A stretch of DNA of 64,000 nucleotides, taken from the NCBI RefSeq assembly GCF_000143415.4, contig NW_003314422.1, forward strand, positions 166,391 through 230,390, in the 5' to 3' direction. Within the stretch, counting starts at the first letter, position 1. Every line of letters starts with the position of its first letter. The position numbers were made by a program, and so were the translations under genes. Below the pieces are notes generated by a model. The model did not search any database, was not told where the DNA came from, and saw nothing but the letters and a program-made list of their open reading frames with translations. Of this stretch, positions 26,792-39,969 are shown piece after piece. This stretch comes from Selaginella moellendorffii. Lineage: Eukaryota > Plantae > Lycopodiophyta.

Positions 26792-28506
26792 ATGGCATTG
26801 GCACAAATGCGGAGAAATCTTGCGCTCAAGCTAGCGCCCGCTCGCTGGGAGCTTCCAGATTCGGCTCCTCTGATCCAAGAGCTCCAGCACAGGGCGCTGG
26901 CATCCAACATTGTGCTGGAGGTTCGCGATGCGCGGGTAAGCAAGGGTTTCGCAGCTACATTTGATCTTTCTAGCAGTTGCCCTTGGGATCAGCGCACAAG
27001 GAGCTCTACGAAAGGGTTCTCAGCTGGAAGCATCATCTGATCGTGCTCAACAAGGCCGATCTTGTCCATCCCGAGACAATCCAGGTTGAAACAACTTAGA
27101 ATTTTTCTGTTCTAACGATTCTTTCTTTCTTTCTTTCTTTTTTCTCTCAGGCTTGGAAGCTCTACTTCCATAAGCGCCAACAAAACTACGTCTTCGTCAA
27201 TGGACACAACAAACTCTCCGTGAAGATCGTACGTCTTTCTTTTCCAATTTTCTCCTTTGATACGTTCAAGGTTTCTTTTTTCTTTCTTTTTTGTAGATGG
27301 TAAGGAAAGTGAAGTTTTCGATTCTTCGTGCACTCAAAGCCGAGCGGACAACTCTGGCGATGCTGGCTGGTCTACCAAATGTAGGAAAATCTGTCCTTAC
27401 CAATACTTTGCATCGAGTTGGCCGCTACAACATATCAGGTACTTCTTTTGCCGCTTCGTCAGTGCTCTTGCTGATATAATGCTGATATTATTTCCAGCGC
27501 TTGAGAAGATGACGCTGGCTGCTGTCGGTCCCAGTCCATACTTAACCGAATCTATTCGCGGCTACAAGGTGTGTGCTTTTGATTGCTTCTTCCTGGTCAT
27601 CCTTTGACACAATGACGCAGATAAACTATACTCCTCCAATGTACATTTTGGATACGCCTTCAGTAATGCATCCGAGTATTACTGACGCGGAGCTTGGAAT
27701 GAACCTCGCTGTGATCGGTCCGCCATTAAGTTCCTCATCTTTTCTTTGTTGTTTCTCCTGAACTGAATGATAAAACAGGCGCTATGGATTATGACGTTGT
27801 TGGGATGGAGCAACTTGTTCGTTACTGCTTGGTGTTGTGGAATTCTTCTCCACATCCATTTCAGGAGTGGTGGGATGAGTTTCGCACTCTGGAGTTTACG
27901 ACGCAACCGAAAGACACACACACTGGAGTTGAAAAGGTACTTTTAAAGATTTCATGCATGTCACCATCGTCTTTTGATTCCTTGCAGAGCAAAATGGAAC
28001 GTAGCAAGTACACAGTCGAAGTCAAGGGTATTCTCTCCGAAATTCGATTGAATTATGAGGGAGACCCGGGAAACGAGAATGAGATGGAAATTCTGGTTGA
28101 GTTGCAACTGAGGGAGATCTGGAGCTTTTTCCAGACCACTACAACCAAGCCGGTGAGCACGTTTAAGACAGCTAAAAGAGTAGTGGGCTTGTTCAGATCC
28201 GGGAGACTCGGATACGTGACACTAGACGCAGTACCTGAAACTAACGAGATTGGAGAATCTCAAGTGGACGAGCCCGACATTCAACTTCCCCCAGAGGTCG
28301 ACGTACCGGTTAAAAAACCATACAGAAGAAAGCGCAGCGTAAGAAGCTTGTCTTCTTCATCATCCTCGAAACGCTTTCATTTTGTTTTGTTGTTGCTCTG
28401 CCAGCTTCAAAATGTGAGTCCTCAGAAACTGCTGAGGATGGCTAGAACGCAAAGGAAGAAGATGGAGAAGAAAAGAAAACCGTGCAAAGAGACTTACATC
28501 CACTGA
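26792..28506 (+). CDS. Circularly permuted YlqF/RbgA-family GTPase (DAR GTPase 2-like, organellar), multi-exon
   Basis: IVLEVRDAR|LP, G4 LNKAD before G1 GLPNVGKS, G3-position YILDTPS, C-terminal FRSGRLGYVTLD. Confidence 0.9.
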
Positions 28507-28631
28507 GCCAGGTGATTTCGTTCTTTGTTTATCACTGTATATCATCCTAGAACACGCATGCTTTTCCATGCAGTTACTATCTGTATCATCGGAGTGTCGC
28601 TCGCCAACGAAAATCCATCCCGCTCTCGTCC

Positions 28632-28999
28632 TCACAGGTACTTGGCCTGCTGCCTTGTGCGACGCCTTCTCATTTGCCTGTGGTACCGTTTCCTGTCGTG
28701 CGCAGATTTCGTTTGGTATGGCTGCCACCGTCAAGTTCGATACGAGAATGAATGGCCGACCTCCAAGCGATCCAAGTGCCTACCTTCTTTTGGTTGGGTG
28801 TCAAGCCATTCCACCGGGTTCCAAGGAGTCTACCAATCTGCCCAAAGGTAGCGCTTGGATTTTGCTTTACAACCTTCTTCCGGTTGGCCTTGCAGAAGAA
28901 CATATAAGGAGCCAATGGACGCTTTGGTCCAGGCCTTGTGTACCTCGAGCGCTTATAGGTACTGCTACCGCTCGCTCCTTTGATCGCTGTTGCATCCAC
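28632..28999 (-). CDS. Small HMG-box protein
   Basis: PKRPLAPYMFFCKANRKKV...FGQIGRLLGTRWNGLTPNQKK, an intron, then PYQTKSAHDRKRY...KYL* (TGA 28632). True start not resolved; possibly a micro-exon near 29070. Confidence 0.88.
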
Positions 29000-29463
29000 A
29001 GAGGTTTCCAGACAGTCTCAAGATCCATTCCTATCTACTTGGTCGATCTCACGATCAAGCTGAAACTTACACATTCTTTCTTTCGCTGCTCCAAAGAAAC
29101 TACAGCACTGAAACTTACACTGGCGAGCGAGTATCAAGTGTTCACAACGGTGTGGAAACGCCGCGGACCCCTTGGACTACGTGGAAGACACCTGGCAATG
29201 TTTACACGTGTTTTTTTATCAATCGTCCACGTGCCCTTCGTTCTTGCTTGGCTAAAAATAGCCGAGAAATGCTAAGGATTTAGGTCACAATATAGGGCTT
29301 ATAATGTAAAATACGCGCTCTCTCCCGCGCGATCGATCGATCGGTCGAAGCGAGCGACGGCGCATCGCGCGGCTCGATCGGGTCGGACCAGCTACAAGGT
29401 AAGAATCTAGCCGCATTCGAATGCTAGTGAGCTGAATCGAATGCGCGTAGCTAGGGGGCGGTT

Positions 29464-32236
29464 ATGGTAGCTTTCGGGAAGAAGCTGCGAGAGCAGCGGG
29501 TTTCGGAATGGAAAGAGTAAGCCTTTTGCCTCAAATCTTCGATCGCTCGACGCTGTTAACAACGATTTCTTTCTTTGCAGCTACTACATTTCTTACAAGA
29601 TGATGAAGAAAAAGGTGAAGTACTATTCGCAGCACGGTGATTTCAACACCAGGGAAGACCGACAGCGAGTTCTCAAGGAGTTTTCGTCCATGCTTGATCG
29701 TCAGGTAAGAACTTGGATTTTGTTTCTTTGATTGCTACTACCGACTTTGCTTTTCGATGTAGATCGAGAAGATTGTTCTCTTCCTCATCGTGAGGCAAGG
29801 AGACTTGGCTGAGAGGCTGAGAAAGCTGGGAGCCGAGAGAGAAAGGTGTGAGAAAGAACAACCAGCGGATTTGGATTGGAGAGACAGGTTTCGCGACGCT
29901 TATAATGATGTTGGAAAGGATCTGCTCAAGCTGCTCTACTTTGTGGAAGTGAACGCCATCGGCTTGAGAAAGATTCTCAAGAAATTTGATAAGCACATTG
30001 GGTACAGGCTGACGGATTACTACGTCTCCAGCCGCTCCAATCATCCATACTCGCAGCTGCAACAAGTTTTCAAACACGTGGTTAGTGTTGGATCTTTGTT
30101 TTCCATTACTGTCAGATCGGTCCCTCACTCAGTGACGTGTTTGAATTTTTTTCAGGGAATCGGAGCAATGGTTGGAGCTCTGACACGAAACCTTTCAGAG
30201 TTGGAGGAACATAGAAAGTCTTTGACTTCCATTTACGACTATCCTGATGTTCCAGCTCGAGTAAGACTGTTTGTTTATATGCGCCACACACTGACTCGAT
30301 GGTTCTAGTTACCGATTGTTGAGTCGATAAAAGCAGCACAAGAAAGATTGACAAATTCCACGAACTTCCTTCAGTTCCTTGGACAGCATGCAATGCTCAT
30401 GAAAGATGAGTTTCCTAGAGCTCCCGGTGAAGAGGACGTTCAGGAAGAGCAGTACCATTTGATGTCTCTTATCCTCAACCTCGCGAACACATTCTTGTAC
30501 ATGGTATGTGAGGTGCCGGTATCTACTTGCACAAACTTATGTCATGGTTGCAGGTGAACACGTACATCATCGTTCCAACGGCTGACAAGTATGCCCTGAG
30601 CATGGGTGCTGCGCCAACACTGTGCGGAGTTATAATCGGAGCAATGGCTGTAGCTCAGCTGGTATCCTCTGTGTATTTCAGTGCATGGTCGAACACCTCT
30701 TACTTTCGGCCTCTCATATTCAGTAGTGTGATGCTCTTCATGGGGAACTTGCTCTATGCAATTGCTTACGACTGCAATTCGCTTAGTCTCTTGCTGGTTG
30801 GACGTCTTCTTTGTGGGTACGTATTCACTTAAGATCAGCATTGTTGACCGCCCTGTTTCTTCATTTGCATGGCAGGCTGGGTTCTGCTAGAGCGGTAAAC
30901 AGGCGGTATATCAGCGACTGCGTGCCTCTAAAATCACGCCTGCAAGCTTCGGCAGGATTTGTGAGTGCGAGTGCCTTGGGGATGGCAGCAGGTCCAGCTC
31001 TAGCAGGAGTTCTGGAGTTCAACAAGAAGTTCGTGGGAATGACGTTTAATGCCAACACACTGCCTGGGTGGGCGATGGCTATCTGCTGGATTCTCTACTT
31101 GGCGTGGTTATCGGTTTCTTTCAAAGAACCTGCACGTCCAATCGAGGTTGACGGATCAACAAGCGGCAGGCAGTCGAGGCTGGCTATTGGTACTGTCCTT
31201 GTTATTTTGCTGCTTACACGGTTTCCATGGTTTGCAGATAACGGTTTTGCCAATGGAAAGCATAAAGAACAAAGTGATGCCGAGGAGGGAATGCTGCAAC
31301 CTCTGAATTCTAGCTACGACTCCAGAGAGGAAACGGAAATAGAGGACGAAAATGATGTGGAAGGAGAAAGAGAAGAGGATGACGCCTCTGAAGACAATTC
31401 CAAGCAGCCAGCGAATTCCATCAGAGAAGCGTACAATCTCCTCACACTCCCAGTCAAGGTGAGTGCTTCTAAGCAAATGTGACAAAGGCTGACACTATAT
31501 ATTTTGCAGGTGCAACTGCTCATATATTTCATGCTCAAGTACGCTGTGGAGGTTTTGATATCAGAATCAAGTGTTGTCACGTCATTCTACTTCCACTGGG
31601 ACGTGAGAAACGTGGCCATTTTCCTCGCCTTGCTGGGTCTTACGGTGTTGCCAGTGAACGCAGTCGTCGGGAGCTGCTTGAGCAACATCTTCGAGGATCG
31701 GTAAGCTGGTTTTCTTGACTGGGACGATTCAACTGGTTTTTTAATTCCAGGCAAATACTTCTAGCGGCGGAGATACTCACCTGCGTGGGAGTGCTGGTCA
31801 GCTTCTCCGGGCCATTCCACTACACAATTGTACAGTACATCGCGGGAGCGGTGCTTATCTTTGTCTCGGCCGAGGTCCTCGAAGGTAAGCTTTCATAGTT
31901 TTTTCTTCGTCGGTTGAGTCGCTTGGAAGGGAAGAGACTTTGTTGTGTGTCTTGCCTGGCTGCTTGCGAATTTTCTAAGCTTTTCTCCTTGTTCTAGGTG
32001 TGAACTTGTCGCTGCTGTCCAAGGTGATGTCATCGAGGCTCGCCCGAGGGACTTTTAACGGCGGGCTGCTGTCGACGGAGGCCGGGACACTGGCCCGTGT
32101 TATTGCGGATGGAACCATAACTGTGGCGGGGTATTTGCGAGAAGACAAGCTCCTCAATGCAACGCTCTTCCCAACGTTTGTCATCGGTATCGTGTCTGTG
32201 GTAGCTACGCTCTTCACCTACAACTCCATGTTTTGA
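29464..32236 (+). CDS. SPX-MFS vacuolar phosphate transporter (PHT5/VPT family), multi-exon
   Basis: MVAFGKKL...[12 protein letters not shown] and [14 protein letters not shown] (SPX). MFS motifs [26 protein letters not shown] and [21 protein letters not shown]. Confidence 0.96.
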
Positions 32237-33841
32237 GAAGTAAAAGCTCTCTCCCGGGAGGAGCGAGCGGGAGATTTTTTTTTTTTTGTTACAGTGAGCG
32301 TCACAAGAAAGAAAAGAAAAGAAAAACCAAGGAAAGAAAGTATCCAAAATGCCCAAGCGCGGAATTTGCTACCAAATTGGACAAAAAGAAGAAACGTTTG
32401 TAGAGAAAGACTGGAAGAATAGCGAAAGAGTTTGAAGCTTTCTTTTGTCATGGTAAGTATCACCTGGAAGACCATTAAAGTTCCCACTCTTTCCAATTCT
32501 CGAGTTCCATGCAATATGATCGAGAGACCCAAAGCTCGCAAAGATTTTGTTGCAATCTTTGTACATATGATTTTAAAAAAATAAAAAATAATATAACTCT
32601 AAAAACCATTTAAAAGAAACTAGAGAAAGGACCATGTACAGCAAATGCCCCAACTGGGCAAATGTTTTAAGCTTGTCTTACCCAAAGACTGGTTGACACC
32701 TAACACAAAGATACCAGCCAGGACACGCCGGCAGCACATTAAATGCGAGGCCAGCTTTTGCTATTGGGATTGCCGGGCTGCTGACGTTCTCTGGATGCCA
32801 TACGGACCGTATAGCACCCGTAGGACGTGCTGGAGCCGTTGATGGGTGGCGTATCCACGGCTGCTGGGTGCCCATAGTCAACTTAGCTTTATCATGTGCA
32901 CCTATATATCTATGAAACTTATGATCCAGAGAAGATTGGGATTTGTTTGTGATGGTCACCTCAATTTGGTAAAGAGGAAATAAATCTCGTATTGCTAAAT
33001 GCATGCACTGCGTGCTAATATCATCCCAGATAGTTCTTTTTGCTTTGGGGGGTTTTTATCATTTGAGGGCTCTAGCTAGTGATCATTGCATTGCATTGAC
33101 AAATAAGGAGAAGAAAATTAAAAAAAGTTATTGTTTTGGAACATGTTTTGGCCGAGAGAAAAATCCTACCAACTTTTGTAAATGTTTGCTGTTGGTGAAT
33201 TAATTTATGGTCCATGGACGTTGGCATGTCATTGGCAAGAACCTTATCAAACTTTTTTGTTTCGGATTTTCTATATTTTTTAATTGCTTTTGTTTTTTGT
33301 TAATGGTTTGGAAATGTCCGTGACTGTCTGAAAAAACCAATATAGTTTTTTTTTGTAGGAAAATATAATATATACGTGACAAAAAAGCACATTAACGCCA
33401 GTCTCCGGATGCAAGAACAAATCTTTCTTTATGAGAGTCTTTTGAAGCGAGCTTTCGACGACGTTCTTTTGAAGCGAGTGTGTTTGATAGTTGCTTTTAT
33501 GGAACACATGCGAGATGTTTTGGCGTCTTGTTTTTTCCCGGGATTGTTGACCATGAGTGAAAAAATAGCAGAAAAAAGAAAGAGTGCTTGAGTCCTCTTT
33601 TTAAATATATGCAGCAGCCGGTGCTACAAAAAACATTCCATTTCCACAAGAGATTCAAAGCAAAGAATAGAAACAAGGTATATCGTATTGCTCCGTTTTT
33701 TGTTTTGTTATCTCTCACTTTCTCTCTTTCTTTCTTTCCAGAGAAATCTGTGCTGGCCTTTTGGAGATAAGAGTAGAGCACTACTTGAACTACAAGAGCT
33801 AAAGCGAAATCGAAGAAAAAGAATGGAAGAGGGATCGTTGA

Positions 33842-34195
33842 TCAAGACGAGGAGAAGTAGTCACGAACCTCAAAGATTGATTTGTTCTTGACCACAATGT
33901 CATACATGTGGATGGTCTTGAATTTGGAGAAATCGGCGGGCAAGGAGATGAGATCCACCGAGTAGACTTTGTGGAACTGGATGAGGTCGGGCTCCTCGAG
34001 CGGGTATCGCTCCCATCCCAGCGCCAGGAGCTTTGGCTCCAGGCACGAATACGAGGAGATTATTTCGTTGCTGGGGACATGCACGAGAACCTTTCGTCGC
34101 GTCACCACTGGCTCCATGCCTCCGTCGATGGGCTCCATAAGCGGATTGGAGACGAGGCGAGCAACTCCATTCCTAAAGACCCACACTCCTGACAT
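33842..34195 (-). CDS. FPF1: FLOWERING PROMOTING FACTOR 1-like protein (117 aa, intronless)
   Basis: MSGVWVFRNGV...RRKVLVH...LGWERY...LIQFHK...LISLPADF...HMYDIVVKN, the family signature. Confidence 0.93.
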   Translation of the reverse strand: MSGVWVFRNGVARLVSNPLMEPIDGGMEPVVTRRKVLVHVPSNEIISSYSCLEPKLLALGWERYPLEEPDLIQFHKVYSVDLISLPADFSKFKTIHMYDIVVKNKSIFEVRDYFSSS

Positions 34196-37100
34196 TGTCA
34201 AAAAGCCTTTCGAAAGGAGCAACGGAGAGAACTTTAGATGATCTTCTTCCTTCTTTCTTGCTGGAGGAAGAGATGGTGTAAGTGAGAGAGAGAAATAGCA
34301 GAAAAAGAGAAAGAAATTAAAGAAGAGAGAAGGAAGATCTGAGCTGAATGAAAAAACGAGAAAAATCAAAAAGAGAAAAGGGTGAGCGACGAACAACGAG
34401 GAGAGCCGAGAATTCCAATCCAGATATTCCCAAATCCCACGAAGAGATTCGAGTGGTGGTTGTATCCGGTTTTGCTATCTTTCCTTCTCCGCAGCTGGAT
34501 CTTGCCAAGACAACTCGCGCTTCAATCCTATGATCAAGCAGCTCTCTTTTCTTTTCTTCCTTTTTCCTTCTTTTTTCCTTCCTTTTTTCTTCTTTTTTTC
34601 TTTTCTGGTGCTATAAACTTTGTTGGAACTTGGGCCTCTTCTCTCTTGGCCTCCCTGGGTGCTTCTATATCATGATCAGCATGCACAGCCAGCTATCATG
34701 AAACTTTTGGCATGAAACAACCAAACAAAAGTGCCAACAAACTTCAACCACTGGCTTATAGCTAGCCTGTTGCTTTTGTTGCTGTTTTTGTTTGAAGCCT
34801 CTCTGCTGAAGGGTGTGAATGTGAGTGAGAGGGAAAGGGAAGAAGCAGGAGGCAAAAGAAAGAGGAAAAGCAAGAGAGCGAAGAGAGAGAGAGAGAGAGA
34901 GAGGAAGAGAAAGTGAGAGTCTTTAAAAGAGAGAAGAGAGTGCAGTGCTGCAATTGAAGCACACAGAGATGGCAGGAACAAAAAGGAGCAGCCTTGTGTG
35001 TTGTTGGTGACAAAGATCTCTCTGCATGTATTCTCTAATGCTCAGGAGTAGTTCTCAGCAGCAGCAGGGCGCAGAAAGCAGAAAGCAGGAGCAGGAGCAG
35101 CAGCCTGATTGCTTCCCAGAAACCAATTGATTGTGGCCATGCATGCAAAACACATATACAGAAGCGTGTGTGAGAGAGGGAGAGAGGGGAAGTATATATA
35201 AGAGTTTATATCACTCTCACAGGGATCCAAATCAATCCCTTTCTCCCCCCTTGAATGTGAAGAGATCTTGAAAGAATCTCTCCCCCCAGTGAGAAGCAGC
35301 AGCAGCAGCAGCAGGATTGGGAGAGAAGCTGCAAGAGAGAAAGACACTCTCCCCGATCACCACCCCCTCCTGATTCTTCAAAGGTGAATACTCGACTCGC
35401 TCGACTCGACAGAGAAGGTTTTGAATGGAGGGAATGAAGAACAGCAGCAGGAGTGTTGTAAAGCTATGGAGGAGAGGAAAAGGAACGAAGGGGTGGTGTA
35501 TTTATAACGCAATCTCCACAGCCCAGAGGAAACACAGCGAGCAGCGAGAGCAGCGCGCAGGAGGACAGCAGCGTGCAGCCGCAGTACGCAGCAGAAGCTA
35601 ATTATCAAACTGCCAACATGTGTGAAAGAAGGAAAAACGAAAGAAAAAAAGAAGAAAAAATCTGGTGTTGGAATGGAGGAAAGTGGGATGTGTTGTGGCA
35701 AAATTCACCCAGATTTCATGCAGATTTCTTCTTTCGAATGATCAGGAGCTGCTGCTTAACTAACCCAAGAAAGAATTTGGGAGAGCGAAGAAGATCTTGC
35801 GGATTGATATGATTAGTAAAAGAGAAAGAAAACGTAAGACGCCAAGAACACGGTGCGAGAATGGATCCAGCCGGGAGAGGGGAAAACGAGGCTAATCCAC
35901 AAGATAGAGACGAGGAGGCAGGGTTGTAATCTTCTTCCACTTGGTGATCCCGTCCTGCACCTCTACATTCCTCATTCAATATTTGCTGGAAGCTACACCA
36001 GGAGAAGAATGGAATTTGGAAAGAGCTCTATAATATATAGACACTTATAATATACTGCCTCTATACAAGGAATCGAGCAGCGTATAAGTATAGATGCACT
36101 TCCGGGAAGAACAGGAAGAGAGTGTATTTACTTCGCTCTTTTTTCTCTCTCTCAGAGCTGGAGCTGAGACTTATTGGGGGAGACAAGCCGACACGTATCC
36201 GTGCCACGGCTAAACCACATTTAACAAAACTAAAACTGCTATCAGGAAAAACGAAAAAAATCATATAAAAAAAGGCCTCACATTGCAGATCCCCAAACTC
36301 CCAGAGAAACAAAAGGTGGCCCTGGCAAATGGATCTGGTTTTGGGGTGGTGAAAAGGGCAAATCCAAATCCAAACTAGATTGCTCATTGCACTTGGTGTG
36401 TGTTTTTTGTGATGCTTAGCTAGGCATTTGCATTTGGAGACCTTGCTGCTGTGGTGGCCAGGTTCATTCTCTCCATCACAACACCATGAGTGCTACCTAG
36501 GATTTCCAAAGTTGCCTTCTATGACAGATTCATTTTCTCATATTATAGACATATAATTGTGTTATTAATTACTATTCTTAAGATAAGTTTTGGGCCGGCA
36601 TTTGTTGTTGGTCGGTTCCTATGTCTCCATCCCCAAAAAACCGCTCACACCATGCACACAAAATGCCCCCACCCCACCCCTCTCACTCTCTCACTCTCTC
36701 TCTCACACATACATACACACATCCAAATTTACGCGCTTTCACCTTTTGGTCGATCTAACAGAAGAAAAACAAAGAAAATTAAGACCATGACTTTGTCCTC
36801 GTCACACCAAACTGTTTCGCTAGAGTTTACCGCAACACAACAAACTAATCCTCGCTGGTGAGAGAGGAAAGAAACGGAGAGAGGAAAAAACAAGGGAGGG
36901 GAATTTTGCCGCGCCCCGGCATTTTGGCGTGCACGACAACTTTCCAACTGAATTGCTGGATTGGATGATCATATCGAATTCCATCGAATGCTGCCCACTG
37001 GGAACAAAGATCTCCAGACAAAACGGCTGGCCTTCCAAGTTTCTTTGCTAGCCTTTCGGTGGGTTTATCCAACAAAACAAGCATGCCATGCCAAGCCACA

Positions 37101-39969
37101 AACTAACAACAGCCAATTACTAATGCTTGCTAAACTATCCAGTGGGACCCTTTTCGGCTTTCCTGTTCGTTAGGCGGTTGATAAAGGCAATGACCAGACA
37201 TGATCATATAGCAAGAAAAACATAGAAAAAAATGTTTTTTTAAAAATAAATAAATAAAAATAAGAGTAATCTGTTTTTGCTTATAACTACGTGCACTTGC
37301 TTGCATAGTCCGCTTATTTATTTATTTACTTCTACATAGAATCCATGATGCATGCATGGTTACGTTCCCTCCCTCGAAAATTTTAGTGTTATCATTATAA
37401 GATGGTAGTTTCGTCAACTTTGGGCAAAACGCACTGTGCATCTTCGTCCCGTTTTGACTTTCTCGCAAAACCTTTTCGATCAAACAACAGAACTAGCAAA
37501 TTTTATTGCCTCACATGCCCCACATGCATCCATTTTCAAGTATATATGTTCCGTTGCTTCTTGTAAGCAAGTTACCAGATGGGGGCATTTGCCAATCTTT
37601 CATTACACAATTTCTTTCTTCAGGGTCAAATTCTCAATCAAGCCTGACCGCTGACCAGATACACACACAAAATATATAGAAAACAGAGAAACAAACCATT
37701 AGAAAAGCTCTCATGTGCCGTTGGTCGATGATCGAGAGAGATGAATTGCCACTAACAAAAGCAAGGCCCTTTCCTGTATATTACGTCAACATGGATCAAA
37801 ACAATTATTAAAACTTTCAAAGTTTAGTGCATAGAGATGGTGGCGCATGTGCTTACTTGAATAACCCCATGTATATATATACGTACACAAGGATCTAGCA
37901 GTACCTCTATACGTGGAGAGAAGAACAAAGCTCAGAGCACAATGTGGGACAATATTTGTGAACTTGGAATCGACCACTGATCCAACTTTCTCTCCTCTTT
38001 GACAAAGAACACGACGAAAGAGGGGTCCGAGCGTGGAAATCATAGAAAAACGCATTGGCCCATCTTCAAAGTCAAGCAGCAAATTGCTGGATCGAGGCAC
38101 TAATATGTCGAGTGAAGAGAAGGACCCCAACCTTGTTAAACAAGAGTTGCTATAAGATCACAGTCACTATAAGATCATAGTTCTATAATATCCATCTCTC
38201 TCTACTTGTGCGATTTGTTGGTTTCGTTGTCACATACGCATCACACGACGTTCTCGTCATGTGTCATGTGGTGTGCTGCTGCTTAGTCAATGTTCCAAAA
38301 CAAAATCCACGAAAACTTAGGTTGGTTTGGAGTGGAGAGTTTATGCTCGCCGCCCTCCACGTATAGTTTTCTAATGGATCCCATCGCCATCCATGAAACT
38401 TCGATGGAAACAGCCTCGCAATCCTTGAAGTGCAAGAAATAGAAGGAGGAAGAAGAAGAGGAAACCAAAAGAGGAAAAGAGAGCTCCTTTTTTTTTGCTT
38501 CACCTCTCTTTCTTTTGGTGGCTCTCACTTTCAATGGGAATAAATGTGACAACACAGTCAAGGACTAAACAGTCTCTCCTTGAAGCCAGTCCAGGAAGAA
38601 GAGAAGGGAGGTGTAGTGTAGTGCAAAGGTGACATTAATGCACACTAGAGCCTGTGTTCCAGATCTTAAAAGCTGAGAATAACACAACAAGGACGGGGGG
38701 CTCAGCGCTCTCACAGACTGCCTCTGTCACTAAGAATTTGGGACAAGCCGCACACTCGCACAGCGAGCACAGGAGGAAAATGGAAGAAAAACGAGAAACC
38801 ACTTACCACTCCTTGTCATCTCGTACGTAGAGACTTTCTCTGTATACGCACGCCTTTCCTCTCTGTACAGTGTGGTATTCTACCTGTGGAACGAAACGAA
38901 GCGTGTCTCGTAAATGGATCCTATCTCTCTTGAATCCTGCGTTTGAAACTGGAGTAAAGTACTTACTTGGCAAACTCAAAAGAGGAAGAAAAGCTACAAG
39001 CGTGACTCCGCTCGTATGGTGGAATATCATAACTCCTGTCTATGTGGCTCAAAGAACTCAAACAGGTACAAGAAAAAAAACAGAAAAAAACGAAAGGATA
39101 ACTTCATACCCTTGTGAAAGTAGCGGCTGCCCCACTTCTTGTAAAAACTCTTGTAAAAGAGCTTGTAGAAGATCCCTTCGCATCTACCAAGAGCCAAGAT
39201 GTTATATTTGAGTGTACATGAAGAAAGTAAATGCTTGGCTGAGCAGTAACGCCTCGTGAATGGCATCCTGGAAGCACAGAGAGCAGATATTCCTTGAGTA
39301 CACGATTCATCCAAGAAACCTCTAAAACAAGAATGGTGGTTTAAGTTAGTTCTTCCTCACCTTCACTCACGGAGTTTTGATAGGCAGTACGTGTAGATCG
39401 GTCGTGTGTGAAGACGAGCTAAGATAGCTTCGCTTTTCATCACGGGTGGGCTTTTGTCAAGCTTTACAGCAACCCTCCTCTTTTTCTTTTTCCTCGCAAG
39501 TCATTGGAATCCACACGGTTCATATGTTTTTTGTGACTGTGAGCTTTCTCGACCTGGCGCGACCACAAACAAAGCAAGTGTTAGATGCCGACACAAAGTT
39601 TGTCTCCTTGTGCTAAATAGCTAGCCAAGGAATCTGACGAGGTGTTCTCTCAATGTAAGGAACAAGATACCTGAAGGGATGAATCCGCGTTTGATAATTC
39701 GTTTGCGCATAATAAGGGACGCGGCACGTCAGTCGAGAAATGAGCTTCCAGAGCTGCAAAGAAAAGTTTAAGTGTTAGAAAGATACGATTTTTTTTTTTT
39801 GTTTTGAACAATTTCCCGTGCCTAGAATTCGATCAAGGGAAAAGAAAACTGGGAATTAAACGGTTATACCTGGCTCATTCAGCATAAAAATCTTTAACTG
39901 GATGCATTGGTCTGGAAAAGAATGAAAACAAAAGTCAAAGCCACATTGTGAAAATAAAAGGAGTTGTTC

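Noticed and set aside
28568-29275. 235-aa plus-strand ORF
   Set aside because: Antisense shadow of the HMG-box gene; no motifs.
34200-38700. Many short hydrophobic or basic ORFs
   Set aside because: Products of GA/CT and CAG microsatellites; no coherent gene model.
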